NCBI GenBank assembly: GCA_903813345.2
Contig: CAIIXF020000001.1
Coordinates: forward strand, 37,076,001 to 37,140,000
Direction: 5' to 3'
Source: Owenia fusiformis
Taxonomy: Eukaryota
Length of the DNA stretch: 64,000 bases
This document shows positions 27,671 through 38,910 of this stretch, piece by piece; position 1 is the first letter of the stretch, and each line of letters starts with the position of its first letter. Under the pieces are notes generated by a model, which saw only the letters and a program-made list of their open reading frames with translations, was not told the DNA's origin and made no database searches. The position numbers and the translations under genes were made by a program.

Positions 27671-30022
27671 GTACGTGATGATGACTTATGCAAATAAGTG
27701 AATTTATATTAACTGGTAGACACATTTTTGAATACTAATTTTGCTTAATCATTTTCTGTAAGAATTTATTATTCATTTTATATAGATTATTGTGTTTTGT
27801 AATCTACCAGTTTTTGTTGTCCTGTATATTTGCTATGTGGCAACTTGTTAAAATCAGTTTGAAAATTAACAGTGTTTTTTTATTTTCATTTGTTATAAAG
27901 AGCAGTATAAATCTAGACATACTGTACATGTATACATTTATCTATAGGTAATCTGAATGAAGAATAGTCAATTTATTAAATTGTAGTATTTGCATGCTGT
28001 GTTCAACATTTTGTTAAGTTTTACAAGACATCTGTGCTAGTAAACTAGCACTAGTCCAGATTAATCTAAAATAATCACCACTAATCTGATAATTCTTGAT
28101 AAAGCTCAAGTTTGTCTTCAAGTGTTACTCTTTAACATAGGACCTGTTTGTGTAGATATCAGAATTTTAGGTCAGGTTCAACACAGATCAGTAAGATTTG
28201 TAACTTTATAGTTATATAAATCTCTTAGATGATGGATAAAGAAATCGAGATATAAGATACAAGGTTGCCTTGATTCTGAATTGTCAAGCCTGGAAAGCTA
28301 TTTGCCCTCTGTTTAGAATCCTGAAAAGTAAATACAAATACAAACATACATGTACATGTATATATATTCATGTATATATTATATCTTGAGACTGTTGTGT
28401 GTATAATGTAAACAGCAATAGCCTTTTATCTTAGTATTTTATATTTGTTTCATATACGAGAACTGTTGAGAGAATCACACCTGAGCAAGTTTCTCACATG
28501 TGCATACATATCAAATGAATTAGGTCTTCAGTTTTGGCCAAACAACTGTGAATGCTTATCCTTAAGTACATCCAATTAGCAAACAATAACATAATTATCA
28601 CTCCAATTAACTGGGATTGAATAGCTATATACAAATCAATTATTTACACTTTTAAAGTACTAAGAGCTTCCACCAACTACCAAATATCTTAATTCAGTCA
28701 TATCAGATCCCCAAAAGTGTACTAAGGAACCTTAGCATTGAGGGATCCACAGACTGTGTTATACCTTGGAATACACAGCTCTAGATACATAAGAGAGACT
28801 GATAAATCAGAATGGAACTTAAGATATACCCTTTATTTTCAGTGATGAAAATACTCTTCTCATTCGTTTGATTTAGATTCTTAAAAGTAATAGCTGCTGC
28901 TTTGTATTTCTTTTAACTAACCTCCAAGGGTACATCAGGGTATGATGAACATAAAGTTAAACAGCATGTTGCCATGTTACTTTTAAAGTAATTTTTCCAG
29001 ACCTTTTCACTCTCTGAGTAATAGAACACAGTAGAGTTCTCTTGTATCAAGTTGCATTTTTATTCATTTTGATTTTGTTTTGGTGTATTAAGGCAAAAAC
29101 TTGCAAAATAGCTGTACATAATTGCCAAAAGTTGTTCAAATTCCTATAACAGTGAAGTTATCTGCTGACAATTATTGGGAGGGAGCATTGATTCAAGACT
29201 ACTCAATTTGTTCTATCAGTATTTCTCATTCAATCATAAAACACCTTTGCTGAATCAGGATGCTGGCCATATTGATGGAAGAAAATCTTTTTTTAACCCT
29301 GTTTACATTGCTAATTTATGTATCCGAACCCATTTTTGCCATTCTATATATAACTGTAAAGCAATAATAATTAATGCAGCGTTATTGATAAAATTCAAGA
29401 CAATAAAATATACATGTGTTTTACCTATGATCGTGTCTATATAAGATGCATTACAGCATCAATATTAATGATCCAACTTGATGTAATATCTAGTTGGTAT
29501 AGGATTTTTCTTGACAAGATTTGTATCTACTCATTACAATCAATATCGACTCATACATTTTCTTTGCTCACCTATGCTGAATTGACTTAAAAAATGAATT
29601 GGCAGGCAGGGTTCCCCACCTTTCTTTCAAAATGGGGAAAACATTGATCAAAGCTTGTGTGAGATGCTTCTATTAAAATTGGAATCCCCATGTAAAATAA
29701 CGTGAATAGTGGACTTGTTCAGAGTTATGGTATCACATCTCAGTATTGCTTTTGGAGAACTCTATATGGATAGATTTTATACCAGTCCCAGTTTAGTTCA
29801 TCCTTTGCATATGTAGGGAAAAGATGAAATATGTCAACTAACCTTAACCTTACAAAGCGTATTCAAGTGGCCACTGCTCATGATTTTAAGGAAATTTGAT
29901 TTGAAGAAATGTGTTCATATTGCGAGGAAATTGGTTCATAAGTTGTTTCTTTATGGAGCTATTCATATATATGTATAAAATTACCACAGCACCATTTTTC
30001 AGTTATTACCATATAAAGCATC

Positions 30023-30826
30023 ATTATCCCAACGAACGAAGTTCGTTAGGGATATAGTGAAGCCCTCCGTCCCTCCGTCCGTCCGTCCGTCTGTCCGTCA
30101 GTCCGTCAGTCCGTCAGTCAGTCAGTTCGTCCGTCTGTCCGGAAGAAAACTCAAATACTAGTTGACAGATTTTCTTCATATTTAGTGGAAAGATGTATAT
30201 TGGTGAATAGTTTTATGCAAAAAAAAAATTTTTCAAGATGGCCGCCGCTTTAAAAATGACGGGACTTTTTCGCAAAAATCATAAATTTTTCATTCTGAAC
30301 CAAAGTAATTAATATTATTGTTTGAAATTTTGGTAGTGTATTCACAACATTTATCTATTTCACATATATTCCGTGTTTTTCATCCTGACCCCCAGGGGCC
30401 ATGTATGGGGGGACAGGAAAACAGAAATTTTCGCTAATTTTTAGATCTTTCTGAAGTATAGCTTTATTATACTCAAATGAAAGGCAATTAAGAGTAGATT
30501 GCAAATATTGTATCTTTTTTCTGATTCGAGCCTCGTAAAATTCAAAATGGCCGTCTAATGTACGATTTCGCAATAATTTTTCGATCCCTTCAAAGTATGG
30601 CTATAGTGTACTCAAATTGAAGGAATTTTGGAGTAGATCACAATTATGGTATTATTTTTCAGATTTGTACCTCAGAAAATTCAAAATGGCTGCTTTGCAG
30701 GAATTCGCAATTCTAAAATCTAATTTTTTCATTTTCAACCAAAGTAATGAGTATAATTGATTGGAATTCGGTAATTGATATTTTGTTCGTTGGGATTTGC
30801 TACTCCGCGGAGTTGCCATTATCTAG
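30023..30826 (+). mobile_element. Non-autonomous Helentron/DINE-1-like element (HINE)
   Basis: 5' subTIR TCCCAACGAAC (30027-30037) with a nearby inverted partner, (GTCC/GTCA)n microsatellite, internal repeats (aaaattcaaaatggc), 3' subTIR GTTCGTTGGGA (30785-30795) and terminal hairpin GCTACTCCGCGGAGTTGC (30799-30816). Confidence 0.8.
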
Positions 30827-33294
30827 TGTTATAATTGCTCATCATAAGATTTTTACCATGTAATCCATATTAAAATATCTACAATTATTTCAATGTGGTA
30901 TTGATTTGCATAAATGAACCTTTTACCATTGTATCCGAAGAGCATGTGTTCAAGTTTTGATCAGACAATAAAATGATAAAAATGAGATAGAATCTCTTTT
31001 GTTATATTTGAGATGCTGGATTAACCCTGTTTTACAAAGAACACACATTTGTTTAAATAAATATCCCCATCAATTGAACTCTAGTTAAAAAGAAAATGTT
31101 ATTAATTCAAGCAATCTAATTTTCATGATTGAATAAACGTTTTAATATGCTCATAGATCTACATTGTAAAATTGTTTCGCAATTATAAGTAAAGCACTTC
31201 TTTGACATGTGAAAGCTAAAATCAATTAAAACAATAATTGTTATGTCCTGGGGTTAATTTCAGGTTCATGTTTATTGGCTTAAAATCTACCTCCGTAATA
31301 AGAGTCTTTAGAAATAGATCAGTGAATTCCTTATCCTTTGGATTATATCGGTTTCAGATATTTTCCGTGCCAGAGGCTAAAGGAGTCGTGACACTTATAT
31401 ATCATGGGCAGGGCAGGAAGATTTTGCAAGAAGTATTTGAGTCCAGCAATCTCTCATGGCAATCTTTCCAGATTGTTAAATTATATGGTGAAAGTCTTGC
31501 ATTGAGTCCTTGTCATGTCTATTATATTTCTAGCCTCTGTAATCAAATTTGGAAGAAATAGAACCATGTTGCAAAACTATATAGAAAAGTAACCACTTTC
31601 AAAATTAGTATAATTATAAAGTCCATGTACATTGTACATGACTTTTATTGTTTGATAACTATTATTTATACATAATGTTGAATGATTATACCATGATTTA
31701 ATATAATATAGGAATATTCTAACTTTGTTGATGTATATGCCATTTGGTTAACAGAACTGTGTGTAGTCAGTAAGTAGTTTTTACATCCTGTGATTTTGGC
31801 TGTATCTCAACGGCTCTAGTAGTAAAAGTCTACTTTATGAAGTGCAATGGCCCTGGGAAAGTGTTTTAGATTAGGGAACATGTTTCTAGCGGAGCTACTA
31901 CATTAGGCTACCTGTGGTTATCAGACTTTGGATGATCGCATTTCCTGGCAGGTTTGCCTAAAAGATATGTTCCTCCTGTTGAAGACTATTAATAGCTCTC
32001 TAACACCCTAGTACAGTGAGTATGCCAAGCCACACAGAATCAAACATTGTTTTTAGATGGAATTCGAACATCTTAGCAAAATGTGAAATGTCCCAGCCAT
32101 AGATTTGACATGGGATATTGTGTGAAGTCCTTGGTAAGGGGTGTGGTTTAAGCACTAAGTACTCTTCAGAGACGCCACTGTGACATGTTGGAGAATGGAT
32201 CAACCTAGAAAATATTTTATTGGGATTCAGAAAACTGCCTATCACTGGTGCCAAGCTACTTCAATATGGTCAATGTGGCATTTGAAAGTAACACAAAGAA
32301 ATGTTTAGTTGGTTCTTTATTTTGGTCATAAAAATGAAATAGTACTGCTGCTCCAGGCTTATGGCTTATTTTTGCAGTGATATCATATGGTAAGGCCAAG
32401 ATAGTCACTGGAATGGTAGAAGGTTATAGCTTTAACCCCTCAACCTTTCTATACTAGGTTCACGTGGGTCCTTGACAAATGGTTAAGTTTACTTTACATA
32501 GAACAATAACTGTCAGGCCACAGCTACAAATATGGTTTAGAAACTATTTAATAAGCCATTGAATGTGCATGCTCTTTCTCAATGAAAACATTCTCCTTCT
32601 AGAGAACTTAATTTTCTATTATTTGCTTGAATAAGTATGCAGATATGCAGGAGAGATAGGATAAAAATATTAAAGCAAACATAAAGTATTCATTCATAAG
32701 CCCTGATATTTATGTGTGTATAATGCCAACATGTCTAGAATACACCTCCAGTCATGTTAAAGTGGCTCCTTGTAAATCTCTTAAATGTGAGTCAATTACC
32801 TTTAGTCTCAGTGGATTTCTCTGTTTAAAAAATCTTAATTAAAATCGATAAAAACAAATAGTTCTTCCGCAAGATAATTTTTGAATAATCAATTTTTTGT
32901 TAAATTTAACATCCATATTTAATACAACAGACAATGTACAGCCTATGGTTAGTACTCAATTAATTAATTCTTCTTAGTTTTTGGTATCAAAAAATCGCTT
33001 ATCCCTTATATTGTTTTAATACACTCAACTATTGATAAGTAAGAACAATATGACATGGAAAGGACTTCAGTGTCAAACTAGTTTCAGTATGGGCAATGTG
33101 GTTGTTCTCATTACATGTATACTGTAATATGATAAATGATTCTAAATTCAATTTTAGTTGGTTGAAATCTCTATGGTATGCCATGTACATTTTACATTCA
33201 GATTCCTTAACAATTTTAATCTGTAGTATATTTCTAAGCTGATTTGAGCACATATTATAATGTACATTCTAAAAGTGTTTATCTGTGGTTTCAG

Positions 33295-35623
33295 AGTATG
33301 GACTACAGAGAGCAGCCCAGTCCCCATAAGAGTGTATCTGCCGTCCAGTCCTATCATGAAAGCATGGCCTCCCCCACAACTGGGGGAGCATTTGGCTATG
33401 ATGATGACCGAGTACAAAATGACCTCCTTGAGGAAATATGCTCAGACTTTGGTGTTAAGGATAGTATGGATCTGGACTTCTATGATTTCGAAGAGATTGA
33501 GAACGGATCTCAGTCGAGTAATGGTTCTAAGAGTGCTGCGTCATCTCAAATGGGATTCAGTGGTTCTAATGCGGGTAGCTATAACAGTAATATAGGATTT
33601 AATAATCAATGTGCTGTTCCTCAGCAATATAACAATGCAGGGTTTGGTTGGCAGCAGCAACAGCAGCAGGCGAATGGAATGTTTCCTCAGAACAATAGCC
33701 AGATGGCTGCTAATAGACAACAAGCCCCCAATACTGTCCATTATAAGCCCCCATACCAACAGCAGCAACAGCCACAACATCAAGGAGTGTTTGCTGTACC
33801 TCAGGCACCTGCTGCTATTGCTAGATCTAATTCCATGCCCAGTCATGACATGCAACATGGGGATGGTTTCAACCACCCTGCCCTTAGAGTAAATAGGACT
33901 AACTCAGCAGGGGCACCACTGAACAGAGAGTCCCCACATGCCTTCAGGGCTGTTAATCCCCAGTACCCACATACTCAGGGTATGATTCACCCCAGGCCCC
34001 AACATCCTAATATGAGACCTGATGCTCCCATGACTCCACGTAGCTTGGTATCACCCTCAGACCCAGGCTACTCCTCCTGTGATCTGGCAAGTGTTAGTAG
34101 CCATAGTACAGCAGCTACAGTCTTCTCAAGTCAATATGGCAGCACTGATAGCCTTAACGTAATGTCCCAGCACCATCAGCAAGGCCAACAACAGGCCGGT
34201 GCATTTAACACTGATAATGCAACCACTCCCCTGCAGATCAAAACTGGCTACCAGCCTGCTGCTTCCTCCCCACAGTGCAAAAACATTGATGCCAATCAGA
34301 ATCAATCTGATCTGATCTCATCGAACATTAATGATATTCGGATGTCTCAAGCACAGGGCCAAAATACAGTGGTGAAATCTGAGGTGTGCTCAGAAATGAA
34401 CTCTCCGTCTGGCCAGTCTCACATGTCAGCTGCTAGCTCTGTGCAGCCAGTGCCCCCACCTTATAATGTGGACCAAAAGGTGCCTTATAGTCAGTACCAG
34501 CAGCAAGGCAATGTAGATGTGAGCCAAATGCAGCAACAGCAGCAGCAGCAGCAGCATGATCACTTCAATCAGAAACCTTTACAGCACGAAGGATATTTTC
34601 AGAATCAACAAACACCAAAGGATAACATGAGAGGCCTCACTAGTCCTGCCCTACAACAAATGCAGAACTTTGTATCTGGTCTTAGCAAACCTGGTACCCC
34701 TACTTCAACAGGCCCTGATCAGACCATGATGCCTCCACCATCATCGGCCCCACAGAGTCCTTTCAGCCAAGCACAAGCCAGCCAAAAGTACTCACAAAAA
34801 ATGATGCCCAAGCACATGCAGTCTTCCAGGCCTGAGGTAGGGCCATATAGTGTAATGAGCCCTAGAAGTCCAAGCACTAACATCAAGGAAGGAAATGGCA
34901 AACTTAACCATCCATCCTCACCATATAGTGGGATACCTAAATCTGAACCAATGACCCCAGGTACCCCTCCATCTTGTACAACAGAGAGTGGTCAGTCACA
35001 GACTATGCATTATATGCCATCCAATGAAGGAACCGCCCCTCTGGAACCACCGCCCAATTACCCAGACCAACCTACAGGTGATGCTTTCATGCCAACTAAT
35101 AATTTTGACAATCAGGCTAGCTCTATGCAGTCACCTAGTATACAAAACATGCAGACCCAAGCTGGGGCAATGGGCCATAATCAGTACTTAGGACAAGGAC
35201 AATATAATAATCCCATGACACAGGGCTCGTATCCCCAACAGCAATATACCCAGTCTGGGCCCCATGGTGGTCAGTTTGGAGGTGGCTCTATGCAAGGAAT
35301 GTTCCCACAGGGCCAGGAGAGTCACCAATTCAACCAGCAACAGCAAGCTCAGGGTATGCCTCAAACACCAACCATGCAGCAACCAGGAGGATTCAACCAG
35401 GCCAGCCAACAACAGCATTTCCATGCTCCACAGGGCTTTAGGCCAATACAGAATGAGCACATGGCAAGTCCAGGGAGACATGGGATGCCTGATGGTCTAC
35501 ATATGAACTCACCCTCTGGCAACCCAGGGGCACAGTATGGCATGCCAGGACCCTCACAAGGGCCCTCTCCAGTTCTAGGCCCCAGCCCAACCAATAGACC
35601 AGCAATCATATCATCCCAACAAG
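33295..35623 (+). CDS. TALE homeobox protein, 2.3-kb exon encoding a Q/P/S/G-rich low-complexity region
   Basis: 801-aa ORF in the track; acceptor ggtttcag ending 33294 (phase 0), donor G|GTAAGA at 35624 (phase 1), compatible with the exon at 43109. Confidence 0.9.
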
Positions 35624-37499
35624 GTAAGATATGTTTAACAAACCCTTAAAGGAAAGCTATGTACCTGGTACCCTTAAAAAAGATTTAATCAATGGTGTTA
35701 AATGTCCCCTTGGAAGAAATTAAATCAGCATTGAACGTTTAACCTTTTAAAGAAAACTTTGCTCAACATTAAACATTCTTCTAATGAATCTCTAGACATG
35801 TGCTCTATCAAGATCTACATTGGTCACTTCAACCTGTAGATAGATAGTGAAACTTTACCTGTTATAAATTAGTTCAAATAATTCGTAATAAAAAGGTGAT
35901 GATCATTGTAGATTTAAGCACTATTACTAATGATTTTCTTTTTTGGTTATTGTCTATAACTCCTGGATTTAATCATAATTATAATCATTCTAAACTGGAA
36001 ACTTGGAAAGCATAAATCGTGAAACATGTCTTATTAGTTATTCCCGTGCTACTAATCCATCTAGTGCAGTCAGAATGTGGGTTTCGGCGTGCGTTCAGAG
36101 GGATTTTATGGGACATAATTTTTCATGTTACTACTATGATTATACATATTTGTATGGATTATTAGATCTTAGTTTTTCAGCTTTTAGATTTTGTGGCCAT
36201 TTTACCCCCCATGGGCTAAAATTTGGACCCCTACTATATAATTGGGCAAGAACTCAAAAAATACTCAGTGGAATGTTTCCAAATTACTAAGTTATATTGG
36301 TGTAGGCTAATTGAATATATGATAAAAATTTCATGTCACATGGTTTACTGGTTGCCATGGAAATGGATAAAACATGCCCTTCGGGTGTCAATTTTCAGGC
36401 CAATTTTTCAGGACTGACAGAGTCATTTCATGCATATTTTGTCACCAATGTGTTAGGAAGGGTTAAAATGTCAATAGAAAACTTCTATAATATATAAGCA
36501 ACAATTGTACTTAAAGATCAGTCCACAAAACCTCAGATTTTGGCCTTGTATTGGTCCATGACTTATACAGGGGTCTATTTCATAGACTCGAGCTCCCACA
36601 TTGGATAGATGCTATAACTTTTGAAATAATGGAGATACAGGTCTCATTTTTTCAGATCTTCATAAATGGTTAGTTTTAAGTATTTTATTTTACTTTGGGA
36701 GCTGACATGTGATTGGTTGCTATGGTAACCAGGGTTTTAAGGAAATTCCGACCCCCACATTGGATGGATGCTATAACTTTTGAAATAAGGGAGATACAGG
36801 TCTTATTTCTTCAGATCTTCATAAATGGTTGGTTTTAAGTGTTTTAATATACATTTGGAGCTGGTATATGATTGATTGCCATGGTAACCAGGGTTTTAAG
36901 GAAATCCTGACCCCGACATTGGATGGATGTTATAACTTTTGAAATAAGGGAGATTCATGTCTCATTTTTTCAGATTTTTGACAATGATTGATTTAAAGTA
37001 CTGATTTAGACTTTGGGAGCTGAAATTTGATTGGTTACCATGGAAATCAGGGTTTGTTGAAATTCAGACCTCCACAATTGATGAACACTATAACTCTTAA
37101 ATACAGCCAGATAAGATAATCTTTTCAGATGTAAGATAATAATAATATGTGCGTATTGTATTAGACTTTGGAAGCTAGGATTTATTTGTCTGCCATGGTA
37201 ACCATGTTTCATTGTCATGGTAACTGCTGTTTTCGTTTTCAGATTCACCTTTATTCTAGATAGGTCATTACATGACATAAAATACCAAATTGCTCAAAGT
37301 TACCATTTTATTCTTAATTTTTTTTTTTCTATTTTATATGATTTACATGCTCATGACTCAATAATACTAGAGATGCAAACATTGTTTGGCTCATAAAATA
37401 TCAAATACTAGTAAACAATACATGTATGTCTGACAATATTGCCTTATTCCATACGACTAGTTCTTACAAAAGTTCTGACTCCTAATTTGTTCATTTGAG

Positions 37500-38260
37500 C
37501 TCATCATTACTGTTTTCATTTAGCACAATTTCCTCTTAACATCAATTTCTGTTGGAATGAAGGATTGTTTTGACCATTCTGGAGATAAGGATCCTCAGGA
37601 GATATAGTCCATTCATGCAGTATTGGACTTGGCAGAATGGGTTAAGACTGGTCCCTGTGGTTTCACTGTATATAAAATTGGCTGGGGTCCAAGGCTGAAC
37701 CCTCAGATATCAATATGTTCCCATCCAATCTGTCAAATTTGAATGTGTTCTGATATCAACCAAAATAATGCCCAAAAGCCATACCAAATGCCCAAATATA
37801 TGACCAGTGCCATACCAAATATCCAGATATGAAAACATGGCCATTCAAAATTTCTAATGCCTCGAGAAGAAGGCAGATCATTGAGGAAAACAACCACAAA
37901 CAACCTCACATTAAGGATATACTAGATCAATGCCATACATGTGCAACAAGTGAGGGGCAACATATTTTTCACAACCATTCCCAAATCCGACCATTGCCAT
38001 ACCTCTCAAGTCATAATTTGGAGAGCATTCTCATACCAGATCCTAAAATTTGGGTCCATTGCCATATCAAATGTCAAAAGTACCCCACCTGAGCTGAGGA
38101 TCCCCTTGAGGTTTATATACAGTGAACTCCTGGGAGACGGAGGGTAATGTTTCCACTTCCAAATATAAGTTTTATCATCCATCCTCTTCAAATGTTATAA
38201 TGAGCAATCACTACAAGGTGGAAGTTCCATAAGTGAGGGCAGCACTGTTCTGTTTTGGAG
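37500..38260 (-). pseudogene. Decayed Academ-like transposase C-terminus, left arm, split by a nested MITE
   Basis: Minus strand reads LPPCSDCSL*HLKRMDDKTYIWKW near 38150-38226, then PILPSPILHEWTI and GSLSPEWSKQSFIPTEI near 37543-37641; stops and frameshifts. Confidence 0.55.
37662..38126. mobile_element. Nested MITE with CACTG...CAGTG-containing ends (CMC/EnSpm-like)
   Basis: TTCACTGTATATAAA ... TTTATATACAGTGAA; this segment has no counterpart in the right arm of the foldback; TSD not evident. Confidence 0.55.
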
Positions 38261-38500
38261 AATATCTTATGTGAAACAGCTCATATTGTTATCTATTGAT
38301 GTAAGTTACAAATACATTTTTGTTATTCTGCTGTACTTTTACTGGTGAACAATTCAACTTTGGATTTTATTGTGTCAGGAATTTCTATATTGATTCCTAT
38401 TATGAAGAAAATAACCTTAAGAACCTCAACTGATGTGATCTCTGTCCCATTAGATGTCAGAAGCTCAACCCAACCCCTGTAGCTGCAAACCTAGGACCAA

Positions 38501-38910
38501 GTCCTGTGTGAAGCTATACTAGCCTTCAATGCGTTTACTGGATCAGATTCCTCCAGTGCAGAAATACAACAAAACAGCAGAAATAGAAAAATAACTGCCA
38601 CTAATAGATTACGAGATGAGCTGTTTCCCATGAGATACAGAAAAAAACAGAACAGTGCTGCCCTCACTTATGAAGGTGTTGACATTTTCTTTCACATTTG
38701 AAGAGGGTAAATTATCAAACCTATGTATGGACACATTCCCACCAGCCTAAACCCAGCTCTACCATTATGCCCAACACTGCATGAATGAACTGTGAATTCC
38801 CTGACGAATCTTTAACACAAGAATGGTCAAAAGAATCCTTCTTTCCAATAGAAATTGTTGATATTTTTAATTAAGAGGCAATTGTGGAAGATGAAAACGA
38901 TAATGATGAG
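38501..38910 (+). pseudogene. Decayed Academ-like transposase C-terminus (XPG/PIN-like region), right arm
   Basis: VLCEAILAFNAFTGSDSSSA (38501-38560, cf. HAFTGCD motif), HLKRVNYQTYVW (38695-38730, cf. HxxRANYQxxIW), then EWSKESFFPIEIVDIF and an acidic tail; frameshifts and stops. Confidence 0.65.

Noticed and set aside
31238..32280. Coding-like patches and ORFs in intron of the TALE gene
   Set aside because: No recognisable motifs or usable splice pattern; probably an old TE remnant.
33244..33294. ORF-track start of the 801-aa ORF
   Set aside because: Begins at a non-ATG codon in intron-like sequence; a good acceptor ending 33294 joins in phase with the exon at 27539-27670.
34057..34083. 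SDPGYSSCD as a beta-TrCP degron
   Set aside because: The consensus needs DSGxxS; Pro replaces the first phospho-Ser.
33260..35609. Several overlapping alternate-frame and antisense ORFs
   Set aside because: Shadows of the GC-rich, CAG-rich 2.3-kb coding exon.
36003..36417. ORFs duplicated at 39745-40171 on the opposite strand
   Set aside because: They are just readings of the two near-identical inverted arms of the foldback element; no protein-like features.
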